A DNA stretch of 63,680 bases, filler included. It is 5 parts of 5 records of this genome, joined end to end, with 100 filler letters (N's around TTAATTAATTAA, not from the genome) between each part and the next. Parts side by side here need not be neighbours in the genome. Positions count along the whole stretch, not along the records: positions 7,200 to 23,760 come from SRR31147125_1765; positions 23,861 to 49,543 come from SRR31147125_1776; 3 more parts are not named here. One strand, given 5' to 3'. The number at the start of each line of letters is the position of its first letter. The stretch's first letter is position 1. The notes beneath the pieces were generated by a model. The model searched no databases, was not told where the DNA came from, and was given only the letters and a program-made list of their open reading frames with translations. The position numbers and the translations under genes were made by a program. Shown piece after piece: positions 20,799 to 31,800 of the stretch.

Positions 20799-21200
20799 AT
20801 GATGAAAAAAGTATTAAGTGGTGTTATTTTGGTAAGTTTTCTATTTATTATGGGGTGTTCTACTGTAGTTACAGGAACGTCTAATAATTTGAACATTTCT
20901 TCAAATACTCCTGGAGCAAAAGTAAAGATTGATGGTATGGACTATGGAATGGCTCCTGTTAATATCGATTTAGATTCTAATAAAACACATACTATTCAAA
21001 TTATTGCACCTGGGTATGAACCAAAAACTATGATTGTAAAACGACAAGTTTCAGGATGGGTTTGGGGAAATATATTTCTAGGTGGACTCATTGGTCTTAG
21101 TGTTGATTTAGTTACTGGTGGAATATATGTATTAGAAACAGATCATGTAAATGCCGACTTAACAAAAGTAGATCAATTAGCTAAAGTAGAAAGTTTATAA
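20799..21200 (+). CDS. PEGA-domain lipoprotein
   Basis: Lipobox FIMG-C; ISSNTPGAKVKIDG..YG.AP, GYEP; C-terminal GNIFLGGLIGL.VD..TG. Confidence 0.82.
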   Translation: MMKKVLSGVILVSFLFIMGCSTVVTGTSNNLNISSNTPGAKVKIDGMDYGMAPVNIDLDSNKTHTIQIIAPGYEPKTMIVKRQVSGWVWGNIFLGGLIGLSVDLVTGGIYVLETDHVNADLTKVDQLAKVESL

Positions 21201-21251
21201 TGAAATTTTAGTATAGTTAAGCTTATCCTAATTTTCAAAAAAATCTTAAAT

Positions 21252-21290
21252 AAAAAGCTCAGACATTAACCTAAATGTCTGAGCTTTTTT
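21252..21290. terminator. intrinsic terminator, bidirectional shape
   Basis: AAAAAGCTCAGACATT...AATGTCTGAGCTTTTTT. Confidence 0.85.
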
Positions 21291-21406
21291 AGTTTATTAA
21301 TATTTATAAGAGGATAAGCGGAATATAATCTAATAATATATTTACACACTAAAAACTACACAAGTATTTATTAATTTGATACATCTATCAGTTAAAATGC
21401 TGAATT

Positions 21407-21457
21407 TGAGTTTGCATAATTATTTTTAAATTATTAGGGGATATTATGCAAAGCTCT
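21407..21457. mobile_element. MITE-like element, copy C
   Basis: TGAGTTTGCATAAT ... ATTATGCAAAGCTCT followed by TA. Confidence 0.55.
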
Positions 21458-21500
21458 TATATTGCAAAGCAAAATATCTGTACAGAGGAGGAGAACTAAT

Positions 21501-21713
21501 ATGGAGCTTTTAAATAGTAATATCATTAGTATCTTCGACAAACTATATGAAGGTATATACTATGTAAATAAAGAGAGAAAAATCAAATACTGGAGTAAAC
21601 ACGCTGAGAAACTAACAGTGTACAAAGCGGAAGAGGTAATAGATAGGAGATTATTGGGAGAATTTGGAGGGATGTTATGGATGCTAAAATTAATATGCTT
21701 AATAACATCATAA
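21501..21713 (+). pseudogene. truncated PAS-domain gene remnant
   Basis: Strong RBS GAGGAGG; IFDKLYEGIYYVNKERKIKYWSKHAEKLT.YKAEEVI is the first half of a PAS domain, then similarity stops. Confidence 0.65.
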
Positions 21714-23044
21714 AGGAACTACACAAAGAGAGTGAAGAAAATGAAGTATTGAAACTCTGTCTAAGTTTTTTAACAACAGATAAAGGTTTCGGCTTTAGTA
21801 ATGCTCAGCTGTATCTATTTGATGAAGAAATTGAGCTGCTGAGCCTAGAGGACTCTAAACTAATTAGAGAAGAGGTGTTTGATTCAAAATACTCACTACT
21901 GAAGAAAGCTGGTAGAGAGGGAAATAATAAAGTAACAAATGACGGTAAAACTGTGGCAATAAAACTGGAATCGCAGGGACATGCTGTAGCTCTTTTACTT
22001 ATAGATAATAATAAAGAAATAAGAGTGGATGACTTAAATTTGTTAGAAATATTCGTTATGCAAACGGGTACCATACTTGATTTGATGAAGCAGAAAAAAC
22101 ATATGGAAGTACAAGTTGCCGTTAAAACTCTTGAATTGAATAGGGTAAATAAAGAGCTGAAATCTATGAATATGAACCTAGAAAATATAATAGAGGAGAG
22201 AACTAATGAGATAAAAAGTGTACAAACGCAAATGATTCAGAAAGAGAAATTAGCCTCTATTGGTCAATTAGCGGCAGGTGTAGCTCATGAATTGAATAAT
22301 CCCATTGGTTTTGTGCAAGGTAATTTCACTGCTCTAAAGGACTATTTTGATATTATGAATGAAAACCTAGGGCTATATAAAAAGTTAAAAGAAAAATGTC
22401 TGGAATTAAAGGTTGATGAGCTAAATAGCGAAATTCAAGAGGTTGATGAGTTCGAGGAGAGTAGTGACATAGACTTTATCCTAGAGGATATTGATATGCT
22501 ATTTGAGGAGTCTGAGGACGGTTTATCCAGAGTAACCAGTATAGTTAAAAACCTAAAAGAGTTCTCAAGAATAGACGATGAGAAATCAGTGGAATTTGAT
22601 ATAAATAGAGGTATAAAAAACAGCCTGACTATTGCCAGCAATGAGTATAAATACTGCGCTGATATAATAACCGACCTAGGCGATATACCAAAAATAAAAG
22701 CTAACGGCGGCGAGATAAATGAAGTAATCCTGAACCTTATAGTTAATGCTGCTCAGGCGATTAAAGAGTTAAATAGTAGTGAGAAAAAAACGATAAGTAT
22801 AAAAACATATAGGGATAGTAAAAATGTAATTTGTGAGATTGAGGATACAGGACCAGGGGTTCCAAAGGCGATTAGAGAGCGAATATTTGATCCTTTCTTT
22901 ACTACGAAGGAGCCTGGTAAAGGAACAGGACTTGGTTTAAATATTGCCTATGATATTATAACAAATAAACATACTGGAGAGCTTATTTTAGATACTGAAG
23001 TTGGACGTGGGACGAAGTTTACGATAAAATTACCCATGTTTTAG
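21677..23044 (+). CDS. soluble sensor histidine kinase (NtrB-like, GAF-like N-terminus)
   Basis: H-box EKLASIGQLAAGVAHELNNP, N-box NLIVNAAQA, G1 DTGPGV, F-box IFDPFFTTK, G2 GTGLGL. Confidence 0.93.
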   Translation: MDAKINMLNNIIKELHKESEENEVLKLCLSFLTTDKGFGFSNAQLYLFDEEIELLSLEDSKLIREEVFDSKYSLLKKAGREGNNKVTNDGKTVAIKLESQGHAVALLLIDNNKEIRVDDLNLLEIFVMQTGTILDLMKQKKHMEVQVAVKTLELNRVNKELKSMNMNLENIIEERTNEIKSVQTQMIQKEKLASIGQLAAGVAHELNNPIGFVQGNFTALKDYFDIMNENLGLYKKLKEKCLELKVDELNSEIQEVDEFEESSDIDFILEDIDMLFEESEDGLSRVTSIVKNLKEFSRIDDEKSVEFDINRGIKNSLTIASNEYKYCADIITDLGDIPKIKANGGEINEVILNLIVNAAQAIKELNSSEKKTISIKTYRDSKNVICEIEDTGPGVPKAIRERIFDPFFTTKEPGKGTGLGLNIAYDIITNKHTGELILDTEVGRGTKFTIKLPMF

Positions 23045-23243
23045 ATATTTTTAGCTTTGTCACGAAATCACTCAGCTATTTAATTTCTTAACTTGAACTG
23101 TTATAGCATGATTATAATTTCCTTTCAAAAGCCGGAAAACGCTCTGCAAATCTACTAAAGAAAAGCGCATAAAAGTTTATAATTAAGAGCTGAAAGACTT
23201 AGCTAAGCTTTTAAAATCATAGAAAATTAATACAAAACAAAAG

Positions 23244-23292
23244 TTGACAAAACAACTAAAGAAAAGTAAAATACTAATAGGGGTAGTTAGTA
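23244..23292 (+). promoter_or_regulatory. sigma70 promoter with G-tract palindrome (CsoR/RcnR-like operator candidate)
   Basis: TTGACA-N17-TAAAAT overlapping TACTAA-TAGGGGTAG-TTAGTA. Confidence 0.6.
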
Positions 23293-23316
23293 AAAATATT
23301 TAAAGAGGTGAAAAAT

Positions 23317-23460
23317 ATGTTGAAAATAGTAAAAAGACTAAAAAAGAATTTCAATAACTTTATTAATAATATGGCAGAAAGTAATGAGGAAAGTTTTGGG
23401 AGTGGAAAATTAGATTGTTGTGATATTAATAAAGAAACACCTAAACAAACTACAAAATAA
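23317..23460 (+). CDS. LDCC-motif putative metal-binding mini-protein (47 aa), absent from the ORF track
   Basis: MLKIVKRLKKNFNNFINNMAESNEESFGSGKLDCCDINKETPKQTTK; RBS GAGGTG; has its own promoter. Confidence 0.85.
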   Translation: MLKIVKRLKKNFNNFINNMAESNEESFGSGKLDCCDINKETPKQTTK

Positions 23461-23696
23461 TTTAGCAAATCTCAAAACACAATGCTTGACGACTTCACTC
23501 GAGAATAATAATACCGCTTTGTAGTTTGAGTGTCAAAATAATTCACAGTGGAGAAATTTAAGATGAAGAAGTTATTGGCGGCATTAGTTTTGTAATTAAT
23601 CAAATATTTTTAAATAGGATTATAGGCTGGCTGAAAGAGTCAGTCTTTTTTAGTGTGAAAAATTCTTTGTTTAAAAACATGAAAAACATGTATTGG

Positions 23697-23744
23697 GTCA
23701 AAAGTGTATTTTATTTTGACAAAACATACTTTTTAAATTATACT
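23697..23744 (+). promoter_or_regulatory. promoter for a gene beyond the contig end, palindrome over the -35
   Basis: TTGACA(23716)-N17-TATACT; GTCAAAA-N10-TTTTGAC. Confidence 0.55.
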
Positions 23745-23760
23745 TAAATGATATTTTTTT

Positions 23761-23860
23761 NNNNNNNNNNNNNNNNNNNNNNNNNNNNNNNNNNNNNNNN
23801 NNNNTTAATTAATTAANNNNNNNNNNNNNNNNNNNNNNNNNNNNNNNNNNNNNNNNNNNN
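23761..23860. other. artificial contig linker
   Basis: N44-TTAATTAATTAA-N44. Confidence 0.99.
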
Positions 23861-26800
23861 TCATCAATACATTGATAATCTGATTCAGCATAAAGATTTA
23901 CATGATAAACCTGGTCGGTTGCTTCATAATTTTCAAACATTTTGGACGGATCGTCTAAAATATCATAAGTACCGTCATCAAAAGTCCAAATGAAATATTC
24001 AGCCGGACCATTTGAGGTATTTACAAATTCAACATCAAAAGGTTGGCAAGCTTCGAAAAGCCCATTGCTGGTTGTGAAGTTAGCCACAACCTCAGGATAA
24101 ACTGTTATTTGCTGTTGGAAAGTATCGTAACAAGCATGCTGGTTTTTTACTACCAGTTCAAGTGTTGGATACAATACCGAGCTTGTTTTGTTTGTGTAGG
24201 TATGATTTGGGTTTTCCTGGCTTGAAATTGGCGAACCATCTCCGAAATTCCAGAAAAACTCATCAACGCCACCAGGAGAAAGATTGTTTATTCTTAGTGG
24301 GAATGGAGAACAACTATCAGTATTTTCGGTAGCAAATTTTGATTCGATGTATGCATATGTTATTATATCTTTAGAAATCGCATCTCGGCACCCATAATCA
24401 GAAATTGAGGTGAGTGTGACCGTATATGTGCTATCTACAGTGCCAGCATTTGTGAATCGGTGTAGGTCTGGATTGCTAAGTACAGAGCCGCCTGCATCAC
24501 CAAAATCCCATTTAAATTGTGTAGCTGGAATATTCGAATTATTTACAAATTGAACATCAAAAGGCTGGCAGTTTTCGTAAATGCCATCATTCGTTGCAAA
24601 ATCAGCGACAACTTCCGGGTACACGGTAACTGGCTTTATAAGCGTGTCGTAGCAAGCGTGTGCATTTTTAACCACAAGACGTAAGTCCCTGTTTATTATA
24701 TTGTCTGTAGCATTTGTATAAGTGTGGGCAGGTTCAAATAAATTACTTTGGGCTGCGCCATCATCAAACTCCCAATTGTAAACATCAATTCCTCCTTTGG
24801 ATGTATTTCTAATGTCAAGGGGGAAAGGAGAGCATGAATCTGAATTCGTTAATGTAAAATTAGATTCAATATATGCATAGGTAATTATGTCTTTTGTTAT
24901 TTCATCACGGCATCCATAATCAGATGTGGCAATTAAAGTAACAGGATACGTTACGTCGTTATTTGTTTTATTGTTGAAAGTATGGGGGTCAGGTATTTTT
25001 TTACCTGAATCGTACCCATCACCAAAATTCCACTCGAAGTTTGTTGCCGGAATATTTGAATTATTGATGAAATCGACTAAAAATGGTTGGCAGTTTTCGT
25101 AAACAGCATCGTTGGTTACAAAATCGGCCACTGCCTCAGGATATACAGTTACCTGTTTGATCAATGTATCGTAGCAGGCATGATTATTTTTAACAATAAG
25201 TTCAAGATCTCTGTAAATTATAGCATCTGTTGTATTTGAATAAATGTGATTAGGTTCAAAATTATTATCTATGGGGCTACTGTCATCAAAATCCCAGAAA
25301 AAATTGGCAATTCCTCCTTGCGATTGGTTGTCAATGTCTAAAGGAAACGGAGAACAACTATCAGGGTTGGCAAGGTTGAAATTTGCGTTAATAAAAGCAT
25401 AAACGTCAACGTCTTTTTGGATTGAATGGCTACATCCATTGGGATTTGTAGCTGTTAATGTAACATGGTAGGTTGTATCTTTTGAACTATGGTTTTCAAA
25501 TTCCTTTGTAAAGTTTAATAGGGATGTTGATGATGATGTATTATCACCAAAAATCCAATCGTATTTTAAAGACCCTCCTGTCGATTGGTTAGTTACTGAA
25601 ACTTCAAGGGGTTGACACCCCATGTATTTATCGAAAACAAATTGAGGTTCTACTTTTGAGTATACTAGAAGTTCCCTTTCAAGCATAGAGACACAGTTTT
25701 GAGCCGTGGTAATAGTAAGATTTATTTTGTAAACGGTGTCTTTATTTGCTAAAGGGTTTGTAAAAGTATGTGTGTGGTTAGATTGTATTGGTTGTGAAAT
25801 GCTATCCCCATCACCAAAGTTCCATTTAAAAGTTGAGCCTGTAGGCGCAATGGATGAGTTATAAATATTGGTTTGCAGTGGAGAACAGTTATTTTGATGA
25901 TCAACAGTGAATTGAGATTTTACATATGGGTGTACGGTTATTTGCATCGAGGATGTGTCAGAACACAAGAAACTTGAACGGGCAATTAACGATACATTAA
26001 AAATAGAATCAGCATCACCACGATTATAATAGGTGTGGTCGAGTGAATGAGATGTAGAAGAGGTACCGTCATCAAAATCCCAGAAATAACTCAGGTTAAA
26101 ACCAGCGGAATTGTTCGCGAAGTTGATTGGGACGCTATCACAAACATCTGATGCAGATGTTGTAAAAGCGGAATTTACTTCTGGATAAACAATTATTTTC
26201 CTATCCTGTACGGTATCGTAACAGCCCTCTTCATTTGCTACAATTAATCCAATAAATATCGTATCAGGTGATATTTGTGTTACATCATTATGCGAAAGTG
26301 GAATAATATTATAAGAATCGGTTATATATAAACTATCAAATGTAGAAGGATTATCATAAATGTGCCAGCGGAATGTATCTACCCCAATCGAGTTTTTGGA
26401 TCCAATGAAAGACTCAAAGGTGAGCAACTCACAGCAGGATCAGAAGCAAAATGTGCTTCGATATTTGGGTGGACAGTAACTTCCCTTGTAGTCGTATCCT
26501 GACAAAGGAATGGAGAAATTGCTATTAGTTCCACAGTGTAAGTGGAATCATCAGATCCTGTATTGGTAAAAGTATGCAAGACTGAACTATCTGTTGCATA
26601 AACACCATCACCATAATCCCATTTATATTTGTCTGTATTTCCGGTAGAAGTACTATAAAAACCAACATCCAGTGGATGACAACCAATGGTGTCATATCCG
26701 GCCTCAACTTCAAAGCTGGAGTTGACTTGTGGGTAGACCCAAATGGTATCATAGTGGACAGATGTACAACCGTAAATGTTTGCTACTGATAATCTGGAAA

Positions 26801-28679
26801 CATAGTATGTAAGTGTATCGGAAGTGTTGTTATAAACAATAGATTGATTTATATCGTTATAATTAGCTGTTACATGATGAGGGGAACCATCACCGTAATC
26901 GTGAACGTAATCTAAAGCTCCAGATGAACCATTCGTAAAGTCGACTTCAAGTGGAGCACATCCTTTGTTTTTACTTATTGCAGCGAATGAGAAAGGTTCT
27001 TCTGGCAGTAATACGCTTACGTATGCACTTGTATCTCCATGGCAGGGGTGAAGTATTTTTACTGTAAATGTTGTTATTCCTCCCTTAGGTGGAAAAACTT
27101 TTGGATTTTGAGCGGTAGGATCATCCACGTATTCAGTTGGGGACCAAAAATAATTTAGTCCACCTTTAGCTTTTAGCTGGACGGTGTCTACACCGCATAA
27201 CTGCACTAAGGGAGTTCCTGTTTCAACGCTAAAGGCTTCTGCTTCTAACTGGTCAAAGTCAGTGAAATACCCATACATGTTACCTCCTCCAGAAGAGCGT
27301 CCATTAAGCATGCCTAGGTGAAAAACTGCTGCTGTGTTATAAACTCTGATTACTCTATTGGCAGGTATTTCAGCATCTGAAAATTCTTTTTCTATGTCCT
27401 TAAGGACATACCAGCCAGATGAACCTGCTTGTTCAAACATTGAAGAACTAATTAGACCAGGTGTAAGTACACCATCAATCTCTACTTTAAAACTATCAAC
27501 AGCATAATCTTTTGTCATAAGATTTAAATAAAGCTTATCAGTTCCGCCTTTTGAACGCATAAAACTTACGCTAAGAGAACCAGAACAACCGTCTATAGTT
27601 GGTAGAACCGCCCCTCCCATTTCATGTGTTACTCCACTTACATGGAGAATATATATAGGTTTATCTGCAAGGATATGTCGAAAATTTGTACCATTATTGA
27701 TATTATAAGATAATTGTATTCCTTTATTTATAGGAACTCCAACCGGTATTCCATCAACTGTTATATTTGTTCCATCTTCTGTTGTAAGTATATAAAATCG
27801 CTCATTATTGCTGTCTACCTTTCCCTTCATTACTAGGTATTCATGACCAATAACAGCTTTATTTTTAATGTTTTTTATAGGGATCAATTGATCTCCGATA
27901 TAATCGTAAGCCCCAGACTTTTGAACAGAATCATCTTTTATTGTAACCGCAATAGGTTTGTTTGATTTAATATGTGTTCCTACCAATCTGCTAGTTGTGA
28001 GGTGACTAGGTCTAGTTCCACCATTAAATGATGGAACTAAATGATAAGTCTGCCCTTTATTTAAAATTATACTAATCGTTGAACCAGCTATATGATCACC
28101 TCCTCCCAATTTTGCAGCGGGTTTACGCAAATAAATTTCAATTTCCGTCGAATCTTCGGTTGCAACTATATCTATTCCACTGCAGTCTGGCTGTGTATTA
28201 TTGTTATAATTATGGTTATTCCAGGTCGTCTGAAAAGGGGTGTAAAATTCATATCCAATTGCATTGGAACCTTTTAAAGAAAAAATATCGGGATTATTGT
28301 AATTCTGAAAACTTCCATTGTATTGAGTAAGTTCAAAATATGCAGTTATGTCATCTGTTGACTCAATATGTAATGCGTAATTAGCTTTTACATCATATGC
28401 ATAACCTGATATTAGATCATATTGGGTATTATCAAAATCCACGGTTTGGGTTTGATTTGGTAATAGATTCACAACTATTGGTGCAAATTGAGGATTGTAA
28501 GGCTGAGATACAATAACTGTGGAAGCATTACCTGCAGAAGTAAGCCTCAATTTTGCTCCAACAGGTCCATCATGGAGATCTGTGGCATATGGCACAGCAA
28601 ACCAAAACTCGGTGTCAGTTTGAGACAGTAATAATGACGATTGACAAATCAAAAAGATTATATATATAAATTTTCTCAT
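23861..28679 (-). CDS. giant IgGFc-binding-like plus multi-PKD surface protein (>1600 aa, 3' truncated), frameshift at T5 26393-26397
   Basis: Signal peptide ending S-Q then TEFWFA; IVATED.T.I, S.KPIAV; many PKD repeats W.FGDG and C.P..V.F.N.S; one extra A joins the two ORFs. Confidence 0.85.
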
Positions 28680-28890
28680 TATCTCAAATAATAAGTGTTT
28701 TGCTTTAGCATTCAACTTTGATATACGTGTTTAAGAATGTAAAAGTTATAACAAATTAAAGTTACTTACGGTATGACAATAATTATCTATCGAACAATAT
28801 ATGCTATCAGATGCTATTATGAAACTGATTTTGATTTTAACCGTATAAATTAACATTTAGGTTTTTGACATTAAGTAAAAATAATTCTAA

Positions 28891-31800
28891 ATGCAGAAAT
28901 ATATTCTAAAAATAATATTAAGCTGTTTTTTATGCAGTACATTACCTTTAAAGGCACAAACCTTCTTGTACCAGGGATTTGAATCAGGTGGACTTCCTTC
29001 AGGATGGTCAGAAGGATTTAAAAATGGCAGTACAAGCTGGCGTTACGAAAATGGAGGTTATGATGTGGATCCTGGAGATGACTTATCAAGAAGACCTACT
29101 GAAGCTTATGCAGGAAATAAAAACGCACTCTTTCAAGTTCAAAATCTAATGGATACTACAATTCTAATCACTAAACCTCTCGATTCTTTAGAATTTGCAA
29201 TCCGACCAGTTTTAACTTTTTACCACGCGCAGGAGCAATGGTATCATGAAACGTATAATAATGATAAATTAAATGTTTATTATCGTCAGCATATTGATTC
29301 TGCATGGTTTCTTTTGGCTAAATACCCTAATACAGTTTCTTCTTGGACATACCGTGAGTTATTAATTCCAGACAGTTTGATTGCAGTAACAGGTCAAATA
29401 GGATTTGAAGGTATCACGAATTGGGGTTATGGTGTATGTATTGATGAAGTTAAAATTATTGAAACAGGTATTATTCCTCGGCAGGTAGGTAAATTTGATA
29501 CCCATGAAGCAAGCACGGATAAAGTTCCGTCTAAGTCACAACTTAATCCCGTGTTAAGAATTGACTTAAAAGTCACTGGTAATACTGGGACTCTTATTTT
29601 AGATTCTCTGAAAATATTCTCTGCAAATACAAACGATAATGATATAATTGAATATGGAATAAATTTATACCAAACAACTGATACTATCTTTGAGGAATTT
29701 GTTTTTATTGATTCTACACAGTCTTTTGAGAATGGTGTAGCTACATTTGATAATTTAGACACTGATTTAGCTACAGGTTATTCTTCTTTATGGATAACAA
29801 TTGATGTTGACTCTGCGGCTGGTCATGGAAATACTATTGATTTATATCTAGACAAAAACTCTGCTTATTTTCATTTAGATACAACAGATATCTTTCAATA
29901 TTCAAATATGATTGGTGTTAATGATGGAGAATTAGAATATGTATTCGATGGAGATACTAATTATTTACCGCTTCAATATTCATTGCCGTCCATAATACAA
30001 AATCCTGAAGGACAGCGGACAATCTATCAGTCTATATTTATTGATGGTTTCGAAGATGATTTAGGTTGGTATCTCACAGGGGAATGGGAGAGAGATGAAC
30101 CCCAAGGACTTAGTGATTTAACTGATTTGTCGTATGGTGATCCTTCTTCAGCTTATAGAGGACAAAAAGTTTTAGGTACAGATTTAACAGGCCTTCTTAG
30201 TGAACCGGGTGATTATGATAATCTTACCGATACAAACTGGGTTGCTATTTCTCCTGAATTTGATTTTACATACTTTAATGATTTGACTGTTTTTTATCAT
30301 AGATGGTTAAATACGGATAATAATGATAATGCCCGTTTTGAGATTTCTATAGATAGCATGGAAACCTGGCAAACGATTTGGGAAAATAGCAGCTTGTTTT
30401 TCGAGAATGAATGGAACTCGGTCGATCATGATATTTCTTCAATTGTCAATCGTAGCGATAATGTGTTTTTTAAATTTAATATTGGCCCCACAGATGCAAT
30501 ATGGAATCTTTCGGGTTGGAATATTGATAATTTTGTTATTACAGGTAATTATATAACAGATGATGTAGGCGCTGTTGAGATACTGTCTCCAAATGATGGA
30601 TGCGGTTTAACAGATGAAGAAACAGTTTCGTTTGTCATCAAAAATTTTGGGGCAGAATCAACAAGTGATACCGTTCCGGTTAGTTATTCGTTAAACGGGG
30701 GGTGGATTTTGTGAGAGACACCTTGTTCGAATCAATTCCCGTAGGAGAAACACGGACAGTTACTTTTGATCTTCCTGCTGATCTTATGGCTCCTGGCGCA
30801 TATCAATTTGTTTTTAGAACGGATTTGCCCGGAGACGAAGATTTAACAAACGATGAGATAACCAGAACAATTGTATCTCAACCTATTTTTACACTTCCTT
30901 ACAGCGAACATTTTGAGAATGAACAAGGGTATTGGCGAAGAACAAGCCTGGAATCATCCTGGCAGTGGGGTTCACCCGGAATCCCATCTCCAGTAGGAGG
31001 TAAAGCATGGACAACTGTAATTGGTGGCTTCTACCCTAATAACGATTCTTCTTTTGTTGAAAGTCCGTGTTTTGATCTTAGCGGTGTTAGTAATCCAATC
31101 TTCGATTTCTATTTTAGGATTGAAACCCAGGAAAAGAAAGATGGTTTTCTCCTGGAGTATTCCATTGATGGTGGAGCAACCTGGGGGTGTAGATACTAGC
31201 ACCATGGGATATAACTGGCCTTGGTATAACGATACAATAGAATCTTTAGAGTACAGGGGCTGGACGGGAGATGAAATCTGGAAATCACAGAAACAGTTTC
31301 TGCCGTCAGTCATTGCAGGTGAAAGTGATGTTAAATTTAGATTCAATTTTGCCAGTGATGAAGATACTGTAAAGGCAGGAATTGCTATTGATGGTGTTAG
31401 AATATATGATGCACCTTATGATATCGGAGTTGTTTCTATAGATTCAGTTGAAAATGCGTGTCAATTTGTTAATACAGAACAAGTGAGTGTCACAATAAAA
31501 AATTATGGTATACGAGATATGCAAATTGGAGATACAGTTATAATTGGTTTGGATGCATCTAGAAATAATCCGATATTAGATACATTGGTATTAAACTCAG
31601 TGCTTGCAAGTAATTCTACAATAACTCTTAAACTGAATGAATCAATAAATCTTGATACAGTTGGGAGATATGATTTAACTGCATATACATTCATAGAAGA
31701 GGATCCTTATTTTTATAATGAGATTTGCAATGATTCAACTAGTTTTACATTTCATGTACATCCTAACCCAATTACAAATCTGGAAGATACAATTAAAACA

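Noticed and set aside
23045..23240. c-di-GMP riboswitch or transposase remnant after the kinase
   Set aside because: Only scattered GGAAA/GCAAA words, no proper stems, and no convincing protein similarity in the frames I read
23861..26427. DGR template/variable repeat pair among the PKD repeats
   Set aside because: Repeats diverge at all base types, consistent with domain duplication; no reverse transcriptase
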